From the NCBI RefSeq assembly GCF_000376945.1, contig NZ_AQXU01000025.1, forward strand, positions 539,982 to 563,981: a DNA stretch of 24,000 nucleotides, written 5' to 3'. Of this stretch, positions 16,693 to 24,000 are shown piece after piece. Position numbers and translations under genes: made by a program. Below the pieces are notes generated by a model. It searched no databases and had not been told where the DNA came from. It was given only the letters and a program-made list of their open reading frames with translations. Each line of letters starts with the position of its first letter. The stretch's first letter is position 1. Source of the stretch: Leeia oryzae DSM 17879. GTDB lineage: Bacteria; Pseudomonadota; Gammaproteobacteria; Burkholderiales; Leeiaceae.

Positions 16693-16881
16693 GCATGAAA
16701 AAGACAGGCGAGGGAGAGGTACAACAGATCGAGACATGCGGGCAAAAAGCAGCCCTAAGTGATGGTCACCACATGCCGACTCGACGCTAACAGGCGAGAG
16801 GATTACCATAGGAGTAAGCCCCCCGTTGATGTGAATAGATATCAACGCCGACCAATGGATGCGTAAGGAGCGATAACTCAT

Positions 16882-17868
16882 ATGAACGATAGACAACTGG
16901 GTCGTACGGGAAAAACCGTTTCGGAAATCGGGTTTGGTGCATGGGCTATCGGTGGCTCATGGGGAAATGTGCCAGAGCAGGATGCGAAAGCCGCCTTACA
17001 TGCCGCCCTTGATCAGGGAACCACCTTCATTGATACGGCAGATGTTTACGGAGACGGCCGTTCAGAACGGCTGATCGCTGCGGTACTGAAAGAACGAGGC
17101 GGTATCAAACCCACGGTAGCAACCAAGATCGGCCGACGCCTGTCACCCCATGTGGCAGAAGGTTACACCAAAGCAAACCTGACCGCGTTTGTTGATCGTT
17201 CTCTCAGCAATTTGCAAACTGACTGTCTTGATTTGGTCCAGCTTCACTGTCCGCCAACCAGCATCTATTATCAGCCCGAAGTTTTCGAATTCATGGATCA
17301 ACTGGTGGCGGATGGAAAAATCCAGCACTACGGCGTGTCTGTTGAAAAAGTCGAAGAAGGGCTCAAGGCCATCGAGTACCCGAATGTCAAAACCGTACAA
17401 ATCATTTTCAATATTTTCAGACAACGCCCCGCGAGCCTGTTTTTTGCAGAGGCAAAAAAACGCGGCATCGGCGTGATCGCACGGGTACCGCTTGCATCCG
17501 GGCTGTTGAGCGGGAAGATGAGTTTAGCCACCGTCTTTGCCGCAGATGATCACCGTCATTTTAACCGGGAAGGTGCAGCCTTCGACAAAGGAGAAACTTT
17601 CGCGGGCGTACCCTACGAAGTTGCGCTATCCGTTGTCGATGACATCCGGAAACTGGTACCCGAGGGTACCCAGATGGCGCAATTTGCGCTGCGCTGGATT
17701 TTGATGGAGGATGCGGTGAGTTGCGTGATTCCTGGCGCTAAAAGTGCACTGCAGGCAGCATCAAACGCCCATGCCAGCACCTTGCCAGCCTTGCCGGACG
17801 ACACCATGGAAGCGCTTCGTCAAATCTACGTAAGCCGGATTGCCCAATACGTGCATCAACGTTGGTAA
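16882..17868 (+). CDS. Aldo/keto reductase family oxidoreductase
   Basis: LGRTGKTVSEIGFGAWAIGG...GTTFIDTADVYGDGRSERLI (catalytic Asp/Tyr region), YGVS, and IPGAKS near the C-terminus. TAAGGAG lies upstream of the ATG. GC is lower than the window average. Confidence 0.9.
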   Translation: MNDRQLGRTGKTVSEIGFGAWAIGGSWGNVPEQDAKAALHAALDQGTTFIDTADVYGDGRSERLIAAVLKERGGIKPTVATKIGRRLSPHVAEGYTKANLTAFVDRSLSNLQTDCLDLVQLHCPPTSIYYQPEVFEFMDQLVADGKIQHYGVSVEKVEEGLKAIEYPNVKTVQIIFNIFRQRPASLFFAEAKKRGIGVIARVPLASGLLSGKMSLATVFAADDHRHFNREGAAFDKGETFAGVPYEVALSVVDDIRKLVPEGTQMAQFALRWILMEDAVSCVIPGAKSALQAASNAHASTLPALPDDTMEALRQIYVSRIAQYVHQRW

Positions 17869-18175
17869 GCGGCTATGCCAACCGTCATTCACAGCCGTTT
17901 TTCGGCCAAAGACGGTTTACCTTGTGATAGGGTTTCCCCCGCTCAAAGCCGGCCAGAATAACAACCAGAGATCAAGTTTGCTTTTGATAAAAGAAGCAAA
18001 CTTGTCTGGGTGTGGATGATGGGCGGCTATGTCCAATATTCGGCCGAAGCAGCCGTATATGCAAATATTCTAGAATGTCTGTTGTCTGCCAAAAGCGGAA
18101 ACTCACCCACCCCAACAGCGCTCGGCTGCAAAGGCCGTTGTGGTTTCGGAAGCAGCCATTGCTATCTGATTGCTG

Positions 18176-18874
18176 TCATCTCTTTGAGTTAGCTTCTACT
18201 GATGAGCATGCAACTTCATAGATGGCGGCTGCGTTCAACACAGATACTGGCGCTCCCCTGCGTGCAATCTGGAGCATAGCCTGACCGATAACTTCGGTGG
18301 TTAGAACATATGACGGGAAAAGCTTCCGGCCAAAAGTGAGCAAGGGGCTCAAGACTTTATAGAAGATGCGATAGGAGTCAGTCTTGGACACTGCGTTGTT
18401 CAATGGCTGAATTACTGCCGGACGCAAGACATGTACATGCTTGAATGGTAGGCGTAGCAGTGCGTTCTCCGTTTTACCCCGAACCCTGGCCCACATGCTT
18501 GAACCTTGTTCGCTACTGTCTGCCCCTGCGCCCGATACATAAACGAAACTCGCCTGCGGGCTGATGCTGCTAAGGCGCTCAGCCACCGCCATCGTGAGGC
18601 TGTATGTCAGCGCTGTGTATTTCTCCTCAGAGAGGCCCGATGCCGATACCCCGAGGCAGAAAAAGCATGCATCCACGTTGCGCAGGTCATCATCCGTAAT
18701 TTCGGATGTGTCTGTCGCAAAATGCGGACGCACCACCTGAACCAGTTTTGGATGGTCCAACAGCAATGCCGAACGACCGATGGAAACCACTCGTTCAACG
18801 TCAGCCGCAAGCAAGCACTCGCGCAGAACGCCTCCACCCACCATGCCGGAGGCTCCAAAAAACAGAACTTTCAT
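18176..18874 (-). CDS. NAD(P)H-binding protein (atypical SDR / NmrA-like)
   Basis: The N-terminal Rossmann motif MKVLFFGASGMVGGGVLRECL (GxxGxxG) is present. It is 232 aa with no canonical YxxxK stretch that I can see. It lies 11 nt downstream of the AraC-family gene. Confidence 0.8.
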   Translation of the reverse strand: MKVLFFGASGMVGGGVLRECLLAADVERVVSIGRSALLLDHPKLVQVVRPHFATDTSEITDDDLRNVDACFFCLGVSASGLSEEKYTALTYSLTMAVAERLSSISPQASFVYVSGAGADSSEQGSSMWARVRGKTENALLRLPFKHVHVLRPAVIQPLNNAVSKTDSYRIFYKVLSPLLTFGRKLFPSYVLTTEVIGQAMLQIARRGAPVSVLNAAAIYEVACSSVEANSKR

Positions 18875-18885
18875 CGTAACCGACC

Positions 18886-19911
18886 CTACCTAATCAGTGA
18901 GCGATTCGTTAGATTTGCGACTCGCCACTCCGATGGCGTTTGTTCTTCCCACTGCCTGAAGGCTCGGAAGAACGAATTCTTGTCTTCGTAGCCAAGCATA
19001 TAGGCAACTTCAATGAGCGCCAAGGAAGCGTCAGACAAATACTCAAGTGCCAACTGATGTCTTGTATCACTCACAAGGGCCTGGAAACTGACACCCTCAT
19101 CCGTCAGGCGCCGCTGTAGGGAGCGTTCGCTCATAGCCAGTTCTGCTGCGACCGAACGAATGTCCGGCCGACCAGCCGTCAAGCGCCGGCGCAGTACCCA
19201 GCGGGCCTGCTCAGCAACAGAATCCGACATCAAATGGTGTTCAAGACGCCGGTCCAGTTCTGGCGCAATAACCTCCAACAAGTCCCTGTTGTAAGTGACG
19301 AATCGCTTGTCGAGGTCATCTCGCCGGAAACTAATACGGTCTTCCACGGCATTAAACCTGACTTGGCAGCCAAAATACCGTTCGAGCGCGGACCTCGATG
19401 CCGCAGGACGGGCCAACTCCAGCACGACTGGTATCAACCGTTCCGAAGTTCCTCTGCGGCCGAGCTCCACGAGCGACGCCATCGAGGCATCGATCAGGGA
19501 ATATGGAATCGAAACTGAGGCGGCATGCGGCCAGCGGACAACGATGTCGACGCGGTCACCCTTTTCGGTGAGTACAACATCCTCGGGCGTGCACAGGCGC
19601 TTGAACCGGGCCACCCGATTCAGCGCATCACGGAAGTCCCTTGCATGCTGAGCAGCTACTAAAGCCAAGGGCATGACAGCCCCATCCAGAACAGATGCGA
19701 TGCTTAGCCCGATAGTCGCGTCTTGACTAACGGTTTCAATGGCACGCCATAGTGCGAAAAACTGTGCCGTGGAAATCTGCGTATCGTCCTTCAGCACGGT
19801 GAGCGGCAGTGCCGCCCGGCGGACTACCTCAGCACGGTCGATCTCAACCCGCTTGAGGCCCTCCCACAGCGCGCTAGGCACCTTCATTTTGTCTGGAATA
19901 GAGCTGGTCAT
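18886..19911 (-). CDS. AraC-family transcriptional regulator with an N-terminal AraC-type ligand-binding (Arabinose_bd-like) domain
   Basis: C-terminal double HTH: RSVAAELAMSERSLQRRLTDEGVSFQALVSDTRHQLALEYL...IEVAYMLGYEDKNSFFRAFRQWEEQTPSEWR. The roughly 230-aa N-terminal domain is typical of the OruR/ArgR-like subgroup. Confidence 0.85.
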   Translation of the reverse strand: MTSSIPDKMKVPSALWEGLKRVEIDRAEVVRRAALPLTVLKDDTQISTAQFFALWRAIETVSQDATIGLSIASVLDGAVMPLALVAAQHARDFRDALNRVARFKRLCTPEDVVLTEKGDRVDIVVRWPHAASVSIPYSLIDASMASLVELGRRGTSERLIPVVLELARPAASRSALERYFGCQVRFNAVEDRISFRRDDLDKRFVTYNRDLLEVIAPELDRRLEHHLMSDSVAEQARWVLRRRLTAGRPDIRSVAAELAMSERSLQRRLTDEGVSFQALVSDTRHQLALEYLSDASLALIEVAYMLGYEDKNSFFRAFRQWEEQTPSEWRVANLTNRSLIR

Positions 19912-19916
19912 TATGT

Positions 19917-20666
19917 TTATTTGGCTTGGAAGCCACCATCCACGTTGAGAATGTGACCAGTGACGAAGCTAGCCTCGTCCGAGAGCAGCCAGCTGATGGC
20001 ATTCGCTATCTCTTCCGGCTTTCCCACTCGCTGCATGGGGTGCATTGCTTCAAGTTCGGCGAGATTACTGTTCAACTGCTCTGCGATGATGTCAGTGCGG
20101 ATAGCTCCGGGCGCCACACCGTTGATACGGATGCCTTGCGCCGCATGGTCGAGTGCTGACGACTTAGTAAGACCAACCACCGCATGCTTGGTGGCCGCAT
20201 AGGTTCCGCCCCAGGGGATGCCGTTCAGGCCGGCAATCGATGCCAAATTGACGATAGCCCCTTTGCCTTGATGGAGCATTTGGGCAATTTCGTACTTCAT
20301 ACTGAAATACACGCCCATCACGTTTACTTCAAGCATGTCGCGGAAGTTCTGAGTCTCGGATCGGTTCAGCGAAGAATACTCGTTGAAGATGCCCGCATTG
20401 TTGACGGCCATGTCGAGTCGGCCGAATTCAGCCACGATGCCGTCAATCATTGATTTAACCTTGGCTTCGTCGGACACATCGTTTTGTACGAAGCGAACTT
20501 GGGCTCCGTCGCGTGCGGCTGCTGAGACTTCGGCCAAGGCAACCGCGCCGACTTCTGCTCGGCGACCGCTCATGACGACGTTAACGCCTTGAGCGACGAG
20601 CTTGAGGGCGACAGCTTTACCGATACCGGTAGCACCGCCGGTAATAAGGGCGACTTGTTTGGACAT
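19917..20666 (-). CDS. Short-chain dehydrogenase/reductase (classical SDR, FabG-like)
   Basis: MSKQVALITGGATGIGKAV (TGxxxGxG), NNAG, a catalytic YAATKHAV (YxxxK), and PGAIRTD. AAGGAG lies 6 nt upstream of the ATG at 20666; the listed start 20717 is rejected. Confidence 0.9.
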   Translation of the reverse strand: MSKQVALITGGATGIGKAVALKLVAQGVNVVMSGRRAEVGAVALAEVSAAARDGAQVRFVQNDVSDEAKVKSMIDGIVAEFGRLDMAVNNAGIFNEYSSLNRSETQNFRDMLEVNVMGVYFSMKYEIAQMLHQGKGAIVNLASIAGLNGIPWGGTYAATKHAVVGLTKSSALDHAAQGIRINGVAPGAIRTDIIAEQLNSNLAELEAMHPMQRVGKPEEIANAISWLLSDEASFVTGHILNVDGGFQAK

Positions 20667-21065
20667 TGCACACTCCTTGAGATGGTTAAACATACAGTTG
20701 GCACTTCGGAAGTGCATGCAAGGAGTATAGGCATAAAGCCCTGACGACTATATGCGGAACGCGCCACCCTACTAACAGAATACGCCAATATTAGTGTTTG
20801 ACCAGTACGTGATGTCGTTCACCGCTATCACACCCCCCTATCAGTAATGAAATAGTTAGCGTCCTAACAGTAATCGAACGGTTGCAGATGAAAGCTGACC
20901 TTCAATCGACCGCGTTCCCAACGTCCGGATAGGGTCGATAGCAGACACAGTTACCTTCGCTGGCACTAGACAGCTTTGGCCGAACTACAATCTTAGCTCT
21001 TGGAGGATTTGGTTGTGTACCGGGTAGCTGACGACCTGGACATACCGCCCCACCACACAAGTTAA

Positions 21066-21111
21066 TTCGCCATCCATTTTCATCTTTTTTAAGACAGAAA
21101 TGAATGGCGAA
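21066..21111 (-). terminator. Hairpin downstream of lipA (possible terminator)
   Basis: TTCGCCATCCATTT (21066-21079) pairs with AAATGAATGGCGAA (21098-21111) in a 14-bp stem. The single non-Watson-Crick position is a G:U wobble when read on the minus strand and a C:A mismatch on the plus strand. The loop is 18 nt and there is no clean U-tract on the minus strand. Confidence 0.35.
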
Positions 21112-21195
21112 CCGTTGTTTTAAAATGATTTCCAGAAAAACCCATTAAAAGCGCTAATGGATTTTCCTCATCACTCACTAATCTTTCACCGTTAC

Positions 21196-22161
21196 TTACA
21201 CGCCATGCGCCTGCTGGTCTGCGTGGTAGCTGGACCTGACCATGGCACCAACCGCCGCGTGCTTGAAGCCCATGTCGTAGGCGGCCTGCTCGAACACCTT
21301 GAACTGCTCGGGGGTGACATAGCGCAACACCGGCAGATGGTGGGCCGATGGCTGCAGATACTGGCCAATGGTGATCATGTCGATATCGTGCGCGCGCATG
21401 TCACGCATCACTTCAAAAACTTCTTCATCGGTTTCGCCCAGCCCGACCATGATGCCGGACTTGGTCGGCAGATGCGGGAAGCGGGCCTTGAATTCTTTCA
21501 GCAGGGTCAATGAGTGCTGGTAATCCGAACCCGGGCGCGCCTGCTTGTACAGACGGGGGGCGGTTTCCAGATTGTGGTTCATCACGTCCGGCGTACCGGT
21601 GGACAACACCTCCAGCGCCAGATCCAGGCGGCCGCGGAAATCCGGTACCAGCACTTCAATACGGGTTTCTGGTGATTGCTTGCGGATTTCCTGAATGCAG
21701 TCCACAAAATGCTGTGCACCACCATCACGCAGATCGTCACGGTCCACGCTGGTAATCACCACGTATTTCAGCTTCAGCTTGGCAACGGTGTCGCCCAGGT
21801 GAATCGGCTCGTTCGGGTCCAGCGGGTTAGGACGGCCATGGCCCACGTCACAGAACGGGCAACGACGGGTACAGATGTCACCCATGATCATGAAGGTGGC
21901 AGTACCGCCGCCAAAGCATTCGCCAATGTTCGGACAGCTGGCCTCTTCACAGACCGTGTGCAGTTTTTGCTCGCGCAGGATCTGTTTGATCTCGTGAAAA
22001 CGGGCGCTGTTGGGAGACTTCACCCGAATCCAGTCCGGCTTTTTCAGCGGGGTATCCAGCGGGACAATCTTGATCGGGATACGGGAGGTTTTGTCCTCAC
22101 CTTTCAACTTGACCCCGACTTCTTTCTTGACGGGTGGTGTAGGATTGGAATCGGTGGTCAT
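21196..22161 (-). CDS. lipA: Lipoyl synthase
   Basis: Radical-SAM and auxiliary cluster motifs: [12 protein letters not shown] and [10 protein letters not shown]. The C-terminal SSYHA is present. The ATG at 22161 overlaps the lipB stop (ATGA, 22158-22161). Confidence 0.95.
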   Translation of the reverse strand: MTTDSNPTPPVKKEVGVKLKGEDKTSRIPIKIVPLDTPLKKPDWIRVKSPNSARFHEIKQILREQKLHTVCEEASCPNIGECFGGGTATFMIMGDICTRRCPFCDVGHGRPNPLDPNEPIHLGDTVAKLKLKYVVITSVDRDDLRDGGAQHFVDCIQEIRKQSPETRIEVLVPDFRGRLDLALEVLSTGTPDVMNHNLETAPRLYKQARPGSDYQHSLTLLKEFKARFPHLPTKSGIMVGLGETDEEVFEVMRDMRAHDIDMITIGQYLQPSAHHLPVLRYVTPEQFKVFEQAAYDMGFKHAAVGAMVRSSYHADQQAHGV

Positions 22162-22829
22162 GTCGTCTGTCCTTGAGAAATGGCTGGCCATGCAGCTTGT
22201 GCCCGGACCCACTCGGTTCCCGGCAGAATATGATGATGAATGTCTTCGAGCAGTTCGGTCGATAGCTGCTCGATCGGGGCGCTCACCCCTTCATTGCGGG
22301 CCTGGGTCACTTCCAGCCCTTGGTAACCGCACGGGTTGATCCAGCCAAACGGGGTCAGGTCCATATCCACGTTCAGTGACAACCCATGGTAGGTACACCC
22401 GCGCCGCACACGCAAGCCAAGTGCCGCAATCTTGGCACCGCTATCCACGTACACGCCGGGTGCCGCTTCGTCGCCGCGGGCAGAGACGCCATGTCGTGCC
22501 AGTACGGCAATAATGCTGTTTTCCATCTTGCGGACCAGTTCACGCACCCCAAGGCCGTGACGTTTCAGGTCCAGCATCAGGTAGACCACGATCTGGCCGG
22601 GGCCATGGTAAGTGATCTGGCCACCCCGGTCGATCTTGACCAGCGGAATCTCCGTGGCACGCAGCAAGTGCTCCGGCTTGCCGGCCAGCCCCAGTGTATA
22701 GACGGGCGGGTGCTGCAACAGCCAGATTTCATCCGGCGTATCGTCGGTACGGGCGGCGTTGAACGCCTGCATGGCATCCAGCGCCTGCTGGTAGTCGGTC
22801 ATGCCAAACTGGCGAATGTTGATCTGCAT
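22158..22829 (-). CDS. lipB: Octanoyltransferase (lipoyl(octanoyl) transferase)
   Basis: [50 protein letters not shown] and NPCG (catalytic Cys region) are all present. It lies 3 nt downstream of ybeD. Confidence 0.95.
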   Translation of the reverse strand: MQINIRQFGMTDYQQALDAMQAFNAARTDDTPDEIWLLQHPPVYTLGLAGKPEHLLRATEIPLVKIDRGGQITYHGPGQIVVYLMLDLKRHGLGVRELVRKMENSIIAVLARHGVSARGDEAAPGVYVDSGAKIAALGLRVRRGCTYHGLSLNVDMDLTPFGWINPCGYQGLEVTQARNEGVSAPIEQLSTELLEDIHHHILPGTEWVRAQAAWPAISQGQTT

Positions 22830-22832
22830 GGA

Positions 22833-23108
22833 TCAGAACACCACCTTGACCAGCGGGTGACTGGACAAGGCGCGATACAAGTCGTCCAGCTGCGGCTTGG
22901 AAGTCGCGGTAATGGTACAGGTCAGCGAAATATAGTTACCGCTGCCAGAGGCACGCATTTCTACCGTGCTGGCATCAAAGTCAGGGGCGTGAACCTTCAC
23001 CACGTCCACGATCACCTGCGTGAATTCGTCCGTACGCAAACCCATGATTTTCAACGGGAATGCACAAGGGAAAGTGAGTAGCGTTTCCTGGTTGTCTGCC
23101 TGGCTCAT
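22833..23108 (-). CDS. ybeD: YbeD/DUF493-family protein
   Basis: A 91-aa protein with FPCAFPLKIMG and the conserved position between a dacA-type gene and lipB. Confidence 0.85.
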   Translation of the reverse strand: MSQADNQETLLTFPCAFPLKIMGLRTDEFTQVIVDVVKVHAPDFDASTVEMRASGSGNYISLTCTITATSKPQLDDLYRALSSHPLVKVVF

Positions 23109-23179
23109 GATGGCTTACCTTTTACGGCCCGGGCCGTGTTTTTGACCACGCCCGGGCTAACAAAAATCAAATCTACCGC

Positions 23180-24000
23180 TTATTCAAACCACAGCTTGAC
23201 GGTGTCGCTCATGCGACCGAACACGCCTGCCTGGCTGACCTGCTTGAGGGCCACAATCGGGTAGGTACCCAGTGTCTGGCCGTCCAGCTTGAACGTCACC
23301 TGCCCGACCTTTTGCCCGCCCGTCACCGGCGCAATCAGCGGTTGCTGGGTAACCAGCTGGGCCTGCACGCGCTTGGCCGCCCCTTTGGGCAGGGTCATGT
23401 AAAAGTCCTGCAAGAACCCGACTGGCACCGTGGCATCGCTACCCTTCCAGACCTTGACGCTCTGCAAGGCCTGGCCTTTGCTGTACAGTTTTGGCGTATC
23501 AAAGAACTGCATGCCGTAGTTCAGCAGCTTCAGGCTTTCTGTCGCCCGTGCTTCTTCGTTGGCGGTGCCCAGCACCACGGACAACACGCGTCGGCCTTCA
23601 CGGTGCATGGTACTGACCTGGCAGAAACCGGCACTGTCGGTATGGCCGGTTTTCATGCCGTCCACATCCGGAGAACGCCACAGCAACAAGTTGCGGTTAG
23701 GCTGCTTGATGCCGTGATAGGTGAATTCTTTCATGGAATAGATCGGAAAGAACTCCGGGAATTCACGGATGATGCGAGCCGCCAGAATCGACAGATCACG
23801 TGCCGTGGTGTAGTGGTTCGGGTCTGGCAAACCGGTGGCGTTCATATAGTGGGTATTTTTCATGCCCAGCTTTTGCGCCGTGTCATTCATCAGGTGGGCA
23901 AAGGTTTCTTCCGACCCGGCAATGGCTTCTGCCAGCGTAATGCAGGCATCGTTACCGCTCTGGACAATCATGCCCTTGATCAGGTCATCCACCCGTACCG
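23180..24000 (-). CDS. D-alanyl-D-alanine carboxypeptidase (PBP5/6 family), C-terminal part; 5' end outside the window
   Basis: The frame stays open to nt 24000. It has the SxN motif (QSGNDA), the KTG motif (MKTGHTDSAGFC), and the PBP5 C-terminal beta-sandwich plus an amphipathic tail (GVFGRMSDTVKLWFE). Confidence 0.9.
   Translation of the reverse strand, partial: VRVDDLIKGMIVQSGNDACITLAEAIAGSEETFAHLMNDTAQKLGMKNTHYMNATGLPDPNHYTTARDLSILAARIIREFPEFFPIYSMKEFTYHGIKQPNRNLLLWRSPDVDGMKTGHTDSAGFCQVSTMHREGRRVLSVVLGTANEEARATESLKLLNYGMQFFDTPKLYSKGQALQSVKVWKGSDATVPVGFLQDFYMTLPKGAAKRVQAQLVTQQPLIAPVTGGQKVGQVTFKLDGQTLGTYPIVALKQVSQAGVFGRMSDTVKLWFE

Noticed and set aside
16695-16763. A 22-codon ORF (MKKTGEGEVQQIETCGQKAALS) starting immediately after copy B of the conserved element. 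Its position is analogous to the lrp start after copy A.
   Set aside because: It has no SD and no similarity to the Lrp N-terminus. It is too short and unremarkable to support as a gene without expression or conservation data.
17973-18004. A perfect 11-bp-stem hairpin, CAAGTTTGCTT / AAGCAAACTTG with a 10-nt loop, in the gap between the convergent aldo-keto reductase and NAD(P)-binding genes.
   Set aside because: The stem is AT-rich and no U-tract follows on either strand. It lies 105 nt past the reductase stop. It could be a weak terminator, but the evidence is insufficient to annotate it.
18067-18076. A perfect 10-bp palindrome, ATTCTAGAAT, resembling a dimeric-regulator operator.
   Set aside because: It lies between two convergent gene ends where no promoter is expected, and it occurs only once. 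It is probably a chance palindrome in AT-richer DNA.
18010-18221. Two overlapping 60-69-aa plus-strand ORFs in the 17869-18175 intergenic gap.
   Set aside because: They have no SD, show odd composition, overlap each other in different frames and run into the 3' end of the minus-strand gene. Most likely they are non-coding.
23124-23157. GC palindromes ACGGCCCGGGCCGT (23124-23137, followed by GTTTTT on the plus strand) and GCCCGGGC (23150-23157), between the dacA-like gene and ybeD.
   Set aside because: The pattern looks like a plus-strand intrinsic terminator, but all neighbouring genes are on the minus strand. Read on the minus strand, the hairpin is followed by AAAAGG (the ybeD SD region), not a U-tract. 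It is therefore not a supportable terminator call, though it may be an mRNA processing or attenuation hairpin.

Overview
This is 24 kb of ordinary-looking chromosomal DNA from a Gram-negative bacterium. Gene content and roughly 60% GC in the coding regions suggest a beta-proteobacterium (Neisseriales/Chromobacteriaceae-like), but I cannot verify the taxon without a search. I call 24 protein-coding genes, two of them cut by the window edges. I found no rRNA, tRNA, CRISPR array, IS element, integrase or phage genes. Left third (1-9.2 kb): an MCP fragment, then a chromate-transporter neighbourhood (chrA, an exported His/Met-rich protein, a half-size TauE/SafE permease, a divergent LysR regulator). 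After that come a small PepSY-like protein, a PAP2 phosphatase, cfa, pirin, a YieF/ChrR-like FMN reductase and a GNAT. Middle (9.3-16.5 kb): an unrecognisable 268-aa protein followed by a PAS-GGDEF cyclase, then the most interesting locus. That locus holds a single 1,015-aa polypeptide fusing an APH-type kinase, an M23 metallopeptidase domain with intact zinc ligands, and an AGXT2L-type (phospho-lyase-like) class-III PLP domain. It is divergently paired with an Lrp/AsnC regulator and followed by an orphan LivK-type ABC binding protein. The two minus-strand genes (fusion enzyme and binding protein) each carry a copy of the same ~92-nt non-coding element (80% identical, core 91%). The element sits at almost the same offset (148 and 147 nt) from each predicted start codon. 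In each case a local tandem repeat lies between the element and the gene; one is a perfect 39-bp x2 duplication. Right third (16.7-24 kb): a compositionally lower-GC block (aldo-keto reductase; a tightly packed SDR-AraC-NAD(P)-binding protein unit; AT-rich non-coding flanks), followed by the conserved dacA-like/ybeD/lipB/lipA housekeeping cluster. All functional calls rest on motif recognition by eye; no database search was possible.
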